A stretch of DNA of 64,000 nucleotides from Balanoglossus misakiensis (GCA_040954595.2 CM082593.2:10801477-10865476), one strand, 5' to 3'; positions 52,289-63,428 are shown, counted from the first letter of the stretch. The notes: a model not told the origin generated them from the sequence alone. Numbers and translations: made by a program.

Positions 52289-55200
52289 TTAACACTTTTG
52301 AAGCATTTTACTAATGCTAACATGACTAGACCAATTGAATGATGTTACATTGCAGGTTATCAACTCAGAGGGGCGTCTTGTTATAAAGCGGTACCTGACA
52401 AACAATCAGCTGGCAACGCTGAAAATACCTGTCAGTCGTAAGTATGAAAGTATACATCATTTGAGTAGAATTTTATGGGAGATCCTAACAAGGCTTGGAC
52501 ATGTCACGCACAAATACAAAGGGCGCGTATAAAGACAGACAAAACCTCGCTTAGTGTGAGGTGTTCAGCGATTGCATCTGATAAGTCGAAAATGCTTGAT
52601 CACATGTCATGTTCAGTTGGGAAATTGGATATGTCTCAGGCCAAAAAAACTAATATGTGCTATTCCGATTACATGGTTTTCAAAAATAGGGTAGGTAGAA
52701 AGGGACATTTTTTTATGTTTCAATTTTTTTATATCTTTGGCCGTTGTAGTGTAGAAGAATGACATCATAGTTCTTGCGTGATTCTCGCAATTTTCATGAA
52801 TTGTTGTATATTTGACATCGTTATTTTTACTTCCGGTTTACGAAGATCTAAACTGTTTTGGGTCGGCGGGCTAAAATTAGGGTAGTTCGGGTAATCGTTA
52901 TGACATTGGGAGCTACGGCTGCAAAGCCATGTGTCTCGTGCGAAAAGGGCCCTTAACCTTTTGCAATATTTAACAGCAAACAACAGACAGTTTTGAGAAT
53001 AAAAGGTTTCCGTCGTGTCTGACTTTCATATCGCATTAATAGCATATCCCTAAATTTAAAGAAATTAGGAGAGACAGAGTGAAACAGGCAGAGTGGCAGA
53101 CAGACACAAGCAGACAGACAGAGCAACATTCATCAGTAGAGACACTCATCGGTCGCTCGCTCGCTCGCTCGCTCACTCTCTCTCTCAGAGAGACGGGGCA
53201 GACAGTCAGACAGACCGACGTTGACAGACAGTCAGTAAGTCAGTCAGCCAGTTAATCAGTCAGTCAGACGTCAAAGACACAGTGACACAAACACAGCGAG
53301 GGAGACAAAAGGACCTTTCATGCTTAAACCCCTGTTCTTCTGTTATAAACTTTGAAAACCGTTCGTTTTCAGACTGCAGATTGCTCGAATAACGCGACAC
53401 ACTGCCGAAACAATAAAACAAATACTAGTGGGAGCTCATAAAATAAAATCGCTCAACCATTCCGTCGTCCTGAGTGACCTCAGCCACATTAATTCCGACG
53501 TCTTTTTAGGGTCATGAAAAAAGTCACAAATAAGGTATTTCCCCTAGGTCCACCTGAAGCAAAAAGTTTTCGTTTCGACTCCATCATTCCGAATAGTAAG
53601 AAAGCAACAAAATTGAAAAGACAGATGTAAAATGCACTCTCTCTCACGTGGTAACGTTTGTAACTATGGCAATCACGGTACGTGTTCAGTACACAGACAG
53701 GGAGAAAAGTTTCTCCATGCAATACATGTGTTCAGTAAGGTTTGACCTTGGTTTTACTTTGTACCATGATCGCCGCTTTCTAAGCATGGATGAACGACGG
53801 CGGTCAGACCCAATCGAACCCTTTCATGTCAGATGACCACGGTATCTCCACTGTGAGATGACATTTGACAAACCATTTGATTTCAACAAAATCTTCGCGT
53901 CGTCAACGCGTCGCATACCAGTCGCATATCGGTATTTACCCAATCATAAAAGTTGGAAATTCGGGAGACTCGATCTGCAACCAAGTTGAGAGTAAATTTT
54001 GACGTTTGACTATTGGCAAGTAAACAGGTTACACAATGACTTGTCGGTTTTTCCTCCGTCATGGTCGTTCTCGACCCAAGTCCCCACGCACGACTTGTGC
54101 GTGGATCATCAACATTTCAGTGATATTTCAACGCAAAGTTTTAGCAATATTAAGAAAACAGGTAGTGAGGTGTCAAATGCATATCAATGTACGAAAATTA
54201 GGTCAAGCCACCCGACAGCAACCGCTTTCACACAGTGTCGGACGTTGCACGGAATGTGAAACGTTACACTGCTTCGGCCGTTCACATGCACCTGGGCGTG
54301 GGTTTGATTGATGGTCAAACGCCCCCACTTACTTTGGGCGTTTTCAATGGTAAATGTGTCGTATTGATCGAAACCTTGCCGTAAACACATTTTTTTTGCT
54401 GAATCAACATTCAGAGTTCAGCCGTCTAGTTAACGAAGTATTGAAGTAAGCCACTTGTTCATCATTTTTTGTCTGTCAAACGTATTTATTCGGAAAGGGA
54501 CCGGCCGCCAATGAGGGGTTTAGGGAGCCCACACGTACACTCTGGTACCTGGACAATTAACATAGACATGTCGTGTGTACCGTCCGGTTCGAAAAGATTG
54601 GTTTAAGGTAGTCCTGGTAACAGTCATCCTAACGAGGCCAGGGGAGGTCTCCAAGGGCGAAATAAACATAGCTACCGATGACGAGTCGAATTCGAATCGG
54701 ACGATGCTTGTTCATAAAAGGCACAGACATAAAGCTTCGAAGTTTTTTGTCTGTGTAGTAAAGATACGACTAATCAGCCTATAGTGTAACCGTAGACCCT
54801 GGAGAAATACCAGAGCACAGCACAATGCAGCAAATGGAGTGAAACAAGAACAAAGCTTAGTCTCTGCCGCAAACAAAGCTAAATCACATATTGACACTCC
54901 AAATAGAAGCAAGACAGCCGGGGGGGGGGGGAGGCACAGTTGTAGATCGCGGTGTTGACCCGCCCCTTCCACATCCTGTAGATGTTTGTGCGTCCAAGGC
55001 ATTTTTGATAAAATATAGACTTTTGTTTTTAGCTCGAGTGTGGCCTAAGTATATCACCGTTCACACGAAAAATGTCTGTCTTTTTCAAAACGTTGTATTA
55101 TACTTCTGTGTAATTTGAACTCTAATACAAGTGACAGTATTAGAGGACAGATTTGGCACAGACAAAATTCGTATTAACAAACCACAGAGAAAACGTCAAA

Positions 55201-56855
55201 ATTGAGCGATTTATAAAATGATCAATTCCACGAGTTTGCAAATTAAAGTTAAAGAGATACAGTTTCATTGGGTGGATCACTATCCTAGAGCGGTCTGGAA
55301 GCATGGGTGGATTTTTACCTGGTGTTTGTTTACCTGGTAAAAATAGGCTATTGTTCTCCCCTGCTTTTCATAGCGGATTTTTTAACACGTCTCCTCGAGA
55401 TCAAACATTAATGAGCGATTAAAAGCGCTTCGTATACTTTTTGTGGGTCGAGTTGTGTTTTTCGTTTTATTTGGTCATTAATTCGATCAGAATGGATTGT
55501 TTATTGTTGTATTGTTAAAAGCTTGGATGTTATGTTTCAGTTGTGCAGAGTGCTTAAGTATGCTCGACTTGCGTGGCAATTCTGCATATTTGGAGCATTC
55601 TTTGGAATTTAATTGATTTGGACATGAGTTTGTTGTTTGGTTGGTCATGGAACAACACGTGACATTGTCTGCATGACATTCTTTAGGGTGTTCCAATTCT
55701 GTAAATGACATGAGGTGGTTACATCGGACCATATATGGCTGAGATGAGAACATATGGCGGCGCTCTTTTTTCGCGTGTGCCACCCACTAAAAATCTGTGA
55801 TTGGCTACATCTCAATTTGCCATGGTAACTATAGCTAATTTTCCATAGGTGACCGTATACCTTTAATTGCCTGTTGGTACTAAACAGCACTCTCCCCGAG
55901 TCTAGTGAAACATCATTTTGGGGGATCTGGATTTCGTGTTCATTATTGCGTGACTGATACGGCGGGTATCGATTGGAATAGGCCCTATCGTTAAAATAGA
56001 AGTTCATTCTTGTCGGGCGACCCAGGAAGGCATAAGCTTGACGTGCCTAAAGTTTGTCGGACATTGTTCGACCATCACGGCTGCAAATTGGTTTAAGTTC
56101 GACCCTGGGCCCGGTGTAGCCTGCTCCAATAGAAATGGAGAAATTAAGTATAAGGCAACAACCCGAATGTGCCACTTTTTCACTCACAGCATCCCTCTAA
56201 AACCACAGTAAGTGATAAAACAAAAGGTTAGGTCGACTTTTCATGTCCTTATGCGCATGAAAAGAAAAGAATGAGACAGGGTCAATGAAGTCTAGTATCG
56301 TGTCTTCGTGCACACGAAGACGCCCGAGCCGTTCATCATCATGGTATTCCTCGTGGAATCTCTTGGCAAGTGCATGGCGTGTACCGAGTCAGAACATGTA
56401 AATACTGACTTCTGCCATAGACGTACCAGGTGCTTCGACGAGTTGGCCTTCGGCATTGTGGTTTTTTGGCTTTTCTAGTGAAGCCGAAGGCCAAAACCAA
56501 GGACCGTGACTAAACTGAAAAGCCCCCACCCCCCCATCTCCCCCCCCGCCCTCACCAGTTTTTGTAGTAGATATGTTCTTCATGCCTACCCCAATTCTAC
56601 CGCTGGCTGCGCTGTCACAGTGACCTCAAGCCAGGTCAAATTTGAGCTAAAAGACAAGTTCCGTCTACATACTCATGAATATTTCTTGGTTTCTTCGCGT
56701 ATAAACTCAGGAATACTATGCCCCTGAAGCCTCGGCTGGCTTTGATGCACGTTATCATGTTTTAATTAGTCAAAGACCCACAGTAGCAAAGTAGGTAATT
56801 GTCTTTTTTTCACGCGTATCCTTTGGTCATATATTCTGCCTGCAGCCCCCAGCCC

Positions 56856-57171
56856 TTGCTGCAGTTTGAAGCCCCTCCATCTCCCCTGAACGAGTTTTGG
56901 TTTTGCCGATTGAAGTTGAATAACTGGGGAAAACGTAGGCAAAATCGACAAATACCGCGACATCCTTTGCCAGGTAAGCGCTGTATGGGTTCCGGGACCG
57001 ATTTGGCGAAAAAAGTGTGGAAAATTGTGGACTGGAGACGTCTGGAGTGTAGAAATTCGCTCCGGGCCCAAATCCCGGTCGCTCGTTGTGCGGTTTAGAA
57101 TAGCTGGGACCTGCAGCCCCGCAAAAACAAAAATCGTCCAGGGGAGATGGAGGGGCTGCAAACTGCAGCAA
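56856..57171. mobile_element. MITE with TIRs of about 50 bp and a 10-bp flanking direct repeat (Mutator-like?)
   Basis: ttgctgcagtttgaagcccctccatctcccctg pairs with caggggagatggaggggctgcaaactgcagcaa. cccccagccc occurs at 56846-56855 and 57172-57181. Confidence 0.65.
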
Positions 57172-57905
57172 CCCCCAGCCCCACATTCGCTGATATAATT
57201 GTCACGTTCCTCGATAGTTATTATAATTTTTAGTTAGAGACGGCCTTGTAGACTCGGAATTGTAGACTAGCGACGGCTCAGCTGGCATATCGTACCACTT
57301 TTTCTGTTACATTGCCGACCGGCCCGGCGCAACTACCGAGGAAAGATACGGGTGTGCTCGTGGGAATTGTCAACTACCCGTTCATCGTTCGACTGCTCAA
57401 CACAGATCATTGATAACACAATGTCACATTTCGAACTAATTTTGAAATTCTGGATAAATTCTCCAAATATCCTGTTAATCTGGGATTTTCTTCCATCACC
57501 TTGATGCAACTGTATCAGAATTTGTCTTTTAAGTTTATTCACACCAAAAAAAAACAACAACAGCCATTTCCTGGAAATTGTCATGTTTTCTCTAAAAGAA
57601 ATAAGCTGAACTTTTTTATTCAAAGGAAACGTTCAGCAAATTTTTTTCTCCCCAAAATTCAGGTGAATTTTTCACAGATTCTTTTTTCCCAGAAATTCTG
57701 CCGAAATCTACACTAATCACACACTTATTGGAAAGGTGTAACACAAAATATAGACTTTACAAACAAAAATCTAATGTTATACATTTATGAACCTCTTATT
57801 CACCAATATTAAATGTTTTCAAAGAAGAAATGTATTATTCACGGACTGGAATTTCGAAATTAGTTTGGAACATGTTTGATGTGTTATAAATTGGTTTATT
57901 TTCAG

Positions 57906-58024
57906 ATTTTATGGTGGGCACTTGACAGTAATTGAGGGTTATTCTGAAAATCGTTATGCTGGAGCAGAGATTGTAAACCAGATTGAAGAGACTTCCAATG
58001 AAACAGCGAACCATGGTTGGATTG
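57906..58024 (+). CDS. Exon: C-type lectin domain, middle part
   Basis: ttcag| ... |gtgagt, phase 2 to phase 1. Encodes FYGGHLTVIEGYSENRY...HGWIG (GGHL, EN and WIG lectin motifs). Confidence 0.88.
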
Positions 58025-58237
58025 GTGAGTGTGTCTTTTAACAGTGTTTGTCAGTGTTCCCAAATAATTTGTGGGTGTATCAAGTGTAAAAAATAACTGG
58101 TTTTGGAATTTGACAGTTTACAAGTAAGCACTGCATAGTAACACTTGAATGATAATTGTCTCAAGATGGTAATTGAAAAGCCTATTTTTTACATCTCAAT
58201 AACCTCACAAAATCTTGCTATTAAGTGACTCTGTATG

Positions 58238-58430
58238 CAGTTTTTCATCCAGATGGAGGGATGAGGGAATTCGCCCACTGTCAGCATGTTGGCACCCCCC
58301 TAGAAATTTGTCAAGGGGGAAATGGTGCCCCTTACAGACTCAGCGATGTCACTCATTCCCCTCCTTGCAAGAGTGCAACTATTCAAGCAAAGGGGGACAT
58401 ATCCCCCCCCCCATCCTGGATGAAACACTG
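58238..58430. mobile_element. hAT-like MITE in intron
   Basis: 15-bp TIR cagtttttcatccag / ctggatgaaacactg (1 mismatch). Direct repeat ctgtatg on both sides (7 bp, or 8 bp if it overlaps the terminal C). Confidence 0.7.
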
Positions 58431-58466
58431 CTGTATGCATCTTCTTTCTTTATTTCCATTTTATAG

Positions 58467-58682
58467 GATTTAGTGGACCCAATCGAGATGGCAGTGTGGA
58501 ATATGATTATTCAGATGGCAGGAAAGGTAGTGTCTTTGATGGTCGATGGGCAGACACAGAACCTGATGCCTCCACTGGGCAATGTGTGAGGTTAAACCTC
58601 TTTGAAAATAATTACCCATTGTATCATGCAAGATGTGATGATGTCAGTCTGTCAATGTGTGAAGTAGCAGCTTGTGCTGAGG
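58467..58682 (+). CDS. Exon: C-type lectin domain, C-terminal part
   Basis: tatag| ... |gtaagt, phase 1 to phase 1, 216 bp. Encodes YSDG..GRWADTEPDASTGQCV...ARCDDVSLSMCEVAACAEG. Confidence 0.9.
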
Positions 58683-58779
58683 GTAAGTCTGATTCAAATC
58701 AGCTAGAATCTTCCCTTACTCGCATCAGGTCTTTACTTGTCTCGCACTGCTGTAGTCACCTCCCAATATATATACTAAG

Positions 58780-59078
58780 AGAGAGTGTGTGCAAAAGAGC
58801 GGGAGGGAGAGGCTGGGAGGGGAGAGTGAGAGGGGAGGGAGAGAGAGCTGGAGAGTGACAGGGAGGGAGGGAGGGAGGGTGGTAGTGAGGGAGAGGGGGA
58901 GATAGAACTAGAGGGAGAGGGAGGGGTAGAGGGGGGTAGGGAGGGAGAGAGAGCTAGAGAGGGGTGGGAGGGAGGGAGAGGGGCGGGAGAGGGGAGGGAG
59001 AGGGGCGGGAGAGGGGAGGGAGAGAGTTAGAGAGGGAGGGGGAGGGGGTGGAAGGGAGGGAAGGAGAGAGAGTTAGAG
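58780..59078 (+). repeat. Polypurine (GGGA/GA) low-complexity tract
   Basis: About 300 bp of almost only G and A, with many GGG runs. Confidence 0.9.
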
Positions 59079-59269
59079 TCCCCAAAGCAATACAAGATAT
59101 ACTTGGAAGAGCTCACCACTAAAAGTTAAACAAGGGGGATCAGATCATGTGATGTCTCCTTGGGTGCAGAATGGTGTTATATTTGAAATTCAAAATTGAG
59201 GCCAGTTGTCGCTAGATAATTCCACTCATTAATTGTATGGTTATGTTTACTTAACAATTTCTTTTACAC

Positions 59270-60750
59270 TATTTATGTAATAGAGAACCACCGACCCCGA
59301 GGTGGTTCTTGGTTTCTAATTGCCGAGGGCCGCAAGCCCGAGGCGATTGGAAACCAAGAACCACTGAGGGGGAGGTGGTTCTCTGACTTAAACCACGACC
59401 CCCCACAGACATTGTCACCTTTGGAGCTTCGTGTACCACAAAGACGTCGTTTTACTCAACGATTCAATAAAATGAACGAACAAAAGCTTATCAAAAGAGG
59501 CTTATTCTTCATTGCTGACTGTGAAATTTGGTTGGCCACCCCTTTTCCTATAAATGAATCATGTCGTGGGCAGGTAGTTCTAGACCGCCCTGCTGGGCCT
59601 TACAAGATCGCCCACGCTTGACAGGTGTTACTCTAAATGTTCATGCTTACGTGTCAGAGTGATATGCTAATTTCAAACACTAATTTGCATCAAATTAAAC
59701 TTTACAGGTGTGTTACGTAGTGTATTATGGGAAGCGTTACAGCTATTGGGGTTTTGCGTGCACATGGTAAGCTTACGCGAAAATTTTCTAGGCCAAATGC
59801 AGAAGGCCTACATGTAAGTGTCACGTTTTTTTTTTATTTTCCTTCAAATGTCCATGAAATCGATCTGAAGATACATGTAGTTCCGATCTATATCATCTGC
59901 GAAAACAAGCGGCTACATGTTGGTAAAGCAAAAACCGGGTAACAATGCTCTACATGGTACTACTGCCCGTCTGTGTATTGGCCTCCCTGGCTTTTGAACG
60001 AACCACTCTCTACGAGCCACAGCGGCAACACGTCTGTATGGTAGCGATATTGGTGAGTAACTCATCTGCGAAAAGACTTGATACCGAAGTGAATCCGTCC
60101 GACATTACAAACCCACGTCTGGTGAACAGCAACAAAAAGTAAGCAGAATTTTGCAAGGTACGCGGGTTTTAGGCCTAAAACAGCCAACCTTGTTACATGT
60201 CGGTAGTGAAGCAAAATCGAAGTGAAGCATCTGGTTAGAGTAATACAAGCAAATCTGGGGATAATGTGATTTAGTATAATTTTCTAGAAATTTGTAGTTA
60301 ATTTATTGCAACGTTAGTTTGTTTCTGGTGAATTGATTTTTGTCTATTTTATACTTTTATTATCATGTTATGAAGACTCTCGAGAGCCACCAAGACATTA
60401 GCTTTGTACGTCAGTAGACAAACTGTGAATGTGAAGCATTGAATGAAATGATCCGGAGACTGTCGCATATCCAGTTCGCTTTCAATTAACATAACAATTA
60501 CTCTATTCAAATGAAATGTACTTTGAATACAGGTATAGAAGTAAATGTAATGATGCAAATAAAGCATTGTGTATTTGTATTTTTGTTACGACAGGTGAGA
60601 CTGAGTCCTGCGGTAGTTCTAGAACCCCCGGAGGTAGTTCTAGAACTACCCGGGACTTGGTTTTAAACCTGTGGTTTTGTGTGAGACGGAGGTTCTCTCA
60701 GTGAATGACTTGTCTATTGAATAGTGTGACGTCACGATCGTGGTTTAATT
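59270..60750. mobile_element. Non-autonomous Crypton-like (hairpin-ended) element
   Basis: Hairpin of about 100 bp at 59282-59384 centred on gccgagggccgcaagcccgaggc. The adjacent ttaaaccacga (59388) is inverted at the far end as tcgtggtttaa (60738-60748). Confidence 0.55.
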
Positions 60751-60826
60751 GTATGATCATCTCCTTTGCAACTAAAGACTACTTTTGAACTGTCAGCAGA
60801 AAGTCTGATCCTCAAAGAATTTTGTA

Positions 60827-61017
60827 CTGTAAACAGGAAATTTTCGCGAGCGATACATTTTTGCGAACTATGCGAGAGCCAAAAAAACGCGAAAATAAAC
60901 AAGTTGTGTAAAAATGTTTTTCGAAGATAGCAATGCCGTGAAATATGAGAATGCGAAAATCAATCATCGCATAACAGTTGCCACTTTTGATATCATGAAA
61001 AATTTCCTGTTTTACAG
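60827..61017. mobile_element. Tc1/mariner-type MITE (TA target)
   Basis: TA|ctgtaaacaggaaattt ... aaatttcctgttttacag|TA. A truncated relative lies at about 63007-63052. Confidence 0.75.
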
Positions 61018-61330
61018 TATGTCATAAATATAAATCAGAAACAAAACTGGGCCAAGTATTTTAAGAATCTGGCATCTGTCACACTGATAGTTTGAGCTTA
61101 GAGAATCATAATATGCGGTTCTTGGAATTTTCGGGTGTGATAAATGTCGTTTCAAAATTTTTACATTTGATTTATACTAATACAAACATTGTTTTATACA
61201 TGTACATTGGATACTCACTGTTGGTGAAGTAATTTTATCATCAATGAAATTTCGTCAACTTGATGAGCTGAATCTTTATGACCATTCATCACACAAACAT
61301 ACTCTTTCTTTTTATTTTAATGATATTCAG

Positions 61331-61464
61331 GAACATGTGGTGGTTTGGAAACTGGTGAATCGGGGACCTTTCACAGCACTGGATACCCAGATGATAATTA
61401 TTACATTCTACAAGAATGTATTTGGACAATCCAGGGACCTGCAACATCCAGAATAAGTGCTCAC
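61331..61464 (+). CDS. Exon: CUB domain 1, N-terminal half (splice donor destroyed)
   Basis: ttcag| phase 1. Encodes GTCGGLETGESGTFHSTGYPDDNYYILQECIWTIQGPATSRISAH. Followed by TTGTAA instead of GT, so read-through stops after one codon. Confidence 0.82.
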
Positions 61465-61759
61465 TTGTAAACTGTCAAATTCCAAAACCAGTTATTTTTT
61501 ACAGTAAAACTTGCATAAACCACTAACTCTGTCTAATCTGGAAACCTGCCTATACAAAACACCTTTTCCCGTCCATTCGACATACACACACTTTAAAAAA
61601 AAAACCAGACACATGTATTAGATTTAAATTCATTTCAACTAAAAAAAAAATAATTTGATTTTTTTCTTCCTTATAACAAACATGATTTTTGGTAAACTTT
61701 TGAATTAAAGGGCCATTATCTATAACTTCAGGCTAGTTTATCAGTAATTTTGTTTTGTG

Positions 61760-62420
61760 TTTATTACACCTCACGTATTATACCGTTTTCGTGATTGGCT
61801 GAGACGCGCTCACGTGATATAGAAAAAAAAGTGATATAACATGGCTAGAGTTGATAAAGCCCTGTCGCGTGCGCTGATATTGCCCGCTTGGTTGTTTTGG
61901 TGTTCTGGGCACGACTTCTGCGCGTTCCAAACTGTCGTTCAATGGCTTCCTTCACGATCAGTCAACTCCCGCATCTATATGGCTTCAAAGCGACACACAG
62001 GCTTAACACCTGTTCTACTGGATGATATTTTACTGCAAACGGGCAGTAAATACACCAAAATCGCAACCAACAGCGCAGTATTTTCAAAATAATCTAAGTT
62101 CGAAGTAGGTATCGTATAATTCTTGGGAGATCGAGACATTTTACATTCTCAGCAACGTACGACATATGGACGCGAGTCTACATGCTACATGCTGCAGTGT
62201 ATGTACGTTCAAATGTTCGGCGTAATAAAATTAATAACACATTATGCTCGGGCAACATCACGATTTGAAGCCTGCCCTCGGGCTGGTGATCTCTGACCAA
62301 AATATTGATGATACCCTCGCCTGCGGCTCGGGCATCATCAATATTATGGTCAGAGATCACCATCCCTCATGCAGGCTTCAAATCGTGATATTGCCCTCGC
62401 TATCATGTGTTATTATTTAA
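61760..62420. mobile_element. Second hairpin-ended Crypton-like element, mirror orientation
   Basis: 182-bp imperfect hairpin at 62233-62414 centred on ccctcgcctgcggctcggg. The adjacent ggcgtaataaa (62219) is inverted at the far end as tttattacacc (61760). Confidence 0.55.
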
Positions 62421-62781
62421 ATTAAACACTTTTTCTTGTTCCTCTCCTCATGAGTAACCCATCACACCCAGCTCTCTGCTTGTCAACGAGTCATGTGTAT
62501 GTGTACTGACTGTTGTTATTATTTACGAATGTTTTCAAACAACAACAATGCCGATTGTGCCCTCATAGGTTTCGTTGAGAAGTTAAGACTATGGATTTAA
62601 CTCTGCCCTGCGTAGCTGAACAAGAAACTATAATTGATACACAGAATAGAAATACTGAAAAATGCAAAAAGTTACAGCTAATGGGGCTTAAGTCATGAAA
62701 CCGTGTTTATTTTCATGTATATTGGCTTGAGACAGCTCACTATTTATGATGTGTGTTGTGACATTTTTTTATTCTTTTCAG

Positions 62782-62983
62782 TTTCTACATTTTGACACTG
62801 AACTTTATTATGATACTGTTGTCATTGTCGAGGTGTCTGTGTTTGACCCATCCAAAGTTCTTGCCACATACAGTGGACCGGACCAGCCTGATGAAGTTAT
62901 TAGCAGTGGTAATGCAATGTTGGTGAAATTTCTCTCAGATAGTTCGCATACTGCTACTGGCTTTGAAGCATCTTGGCAAGCAG
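62782..62983 (+). CDS. Exon: CUB domain 1, C-terminal half
   Basis: ttcag| ... |gtaata, phase 0 to phase 1. Encodes FLHFDTELYYDTVVI...LATYSG...SSGNAMLVKFLSDSSHTATGFEASW. Confidence 0.92.
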
Positions 62984-63276
62984 GTAATACCAAGTTTTAT
63001 ACATAATGTAAAACTGGAAATTTTCGCAAACGATAAATTTTCGCGAACTACACATAAACTTTGCATGTGTGGACACAAGGCAACTAAAAGCATTAATGCT
63101 CTGTGTTTACCTTAGGCAAATAGTGTCTCTGAAACGTTTCGAATTTTACCCTACGTGAACCTGGTATAACATTATAGATTGCACATGTAGGCAATATTTG
63201 CCCTACCTCGACTGTGATCTTGCTGATGTCCTGTTTGTGAAGTATTTCTGTTAAGATGACTTCTTCTTTCTTTCAG

Positions 63277-63428
63277 TGTATTCTTTGTGTGGTGGGAATT
63301 TCATAGCACAGTCATATAAACAGAATCTCAGCAGTACAGAATATTTTGAAGGCAAGAATTATCTCAACAATGAAGATTGTAACTGACAGCTGGCATCATT
63401 CACAACAGAATTTGTTGTCACTTTACAG
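63277..63428 (+). CDS. Exon: CUB domain 2, N-terminal half with in-frame TGA
   Basis: ttcag| ... |gtagt, phase 1 to phase 0. Encodes YSLCGGNFIAQSYKQNLSSTEY...NYLNNEDCN*QL. The TGA at 63384-63386 sits at the C-x-W position. Confidence 0.85.

Larger units (their letters stand above)
48810..54712 (+). repeat. Segmental duplication, copy 2 (the part with a visible partner)
   Basis: Direct repeat of 1-5846. After ...gatgcttgtt it continues into unique sequence (cataaaagg) with no satellite. Confidence 0.97.
57906..63428 (+). pseudogene. C-type lectin-CUB-CUB gene fragment, uninflatable (uif)-like, probably non-functional; continues beyond the window
   Basis: Five phase-compatible exons, listed separately. 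TGA replaces the conserved CUB Trp and one donor site is lost. Resemblance to Uif is from recalled motifs and domain order. Confidence 0.75.

Noticed and set aside
54713-57905. Short ORFs as possible first exons of the lectin/CUB gene
   Set aside because: No signal peptide or C..GW...CY lectin motif with proper splice sites was found. Several ORFs fall inside MITEs.
58085-61503. Pack-type transposon that captured two exons between TIRs
   Set aside because: Exons outside the inverted pair are collinear and in phase with those inside, and no TSD is seen.
63384-63386. TGA read as selenocysteine or as Trp under an alternative code
   Set aside because: The position is a structural Trp, other Trp codons here are TGG, and the gene has an independent inactivating lesion.
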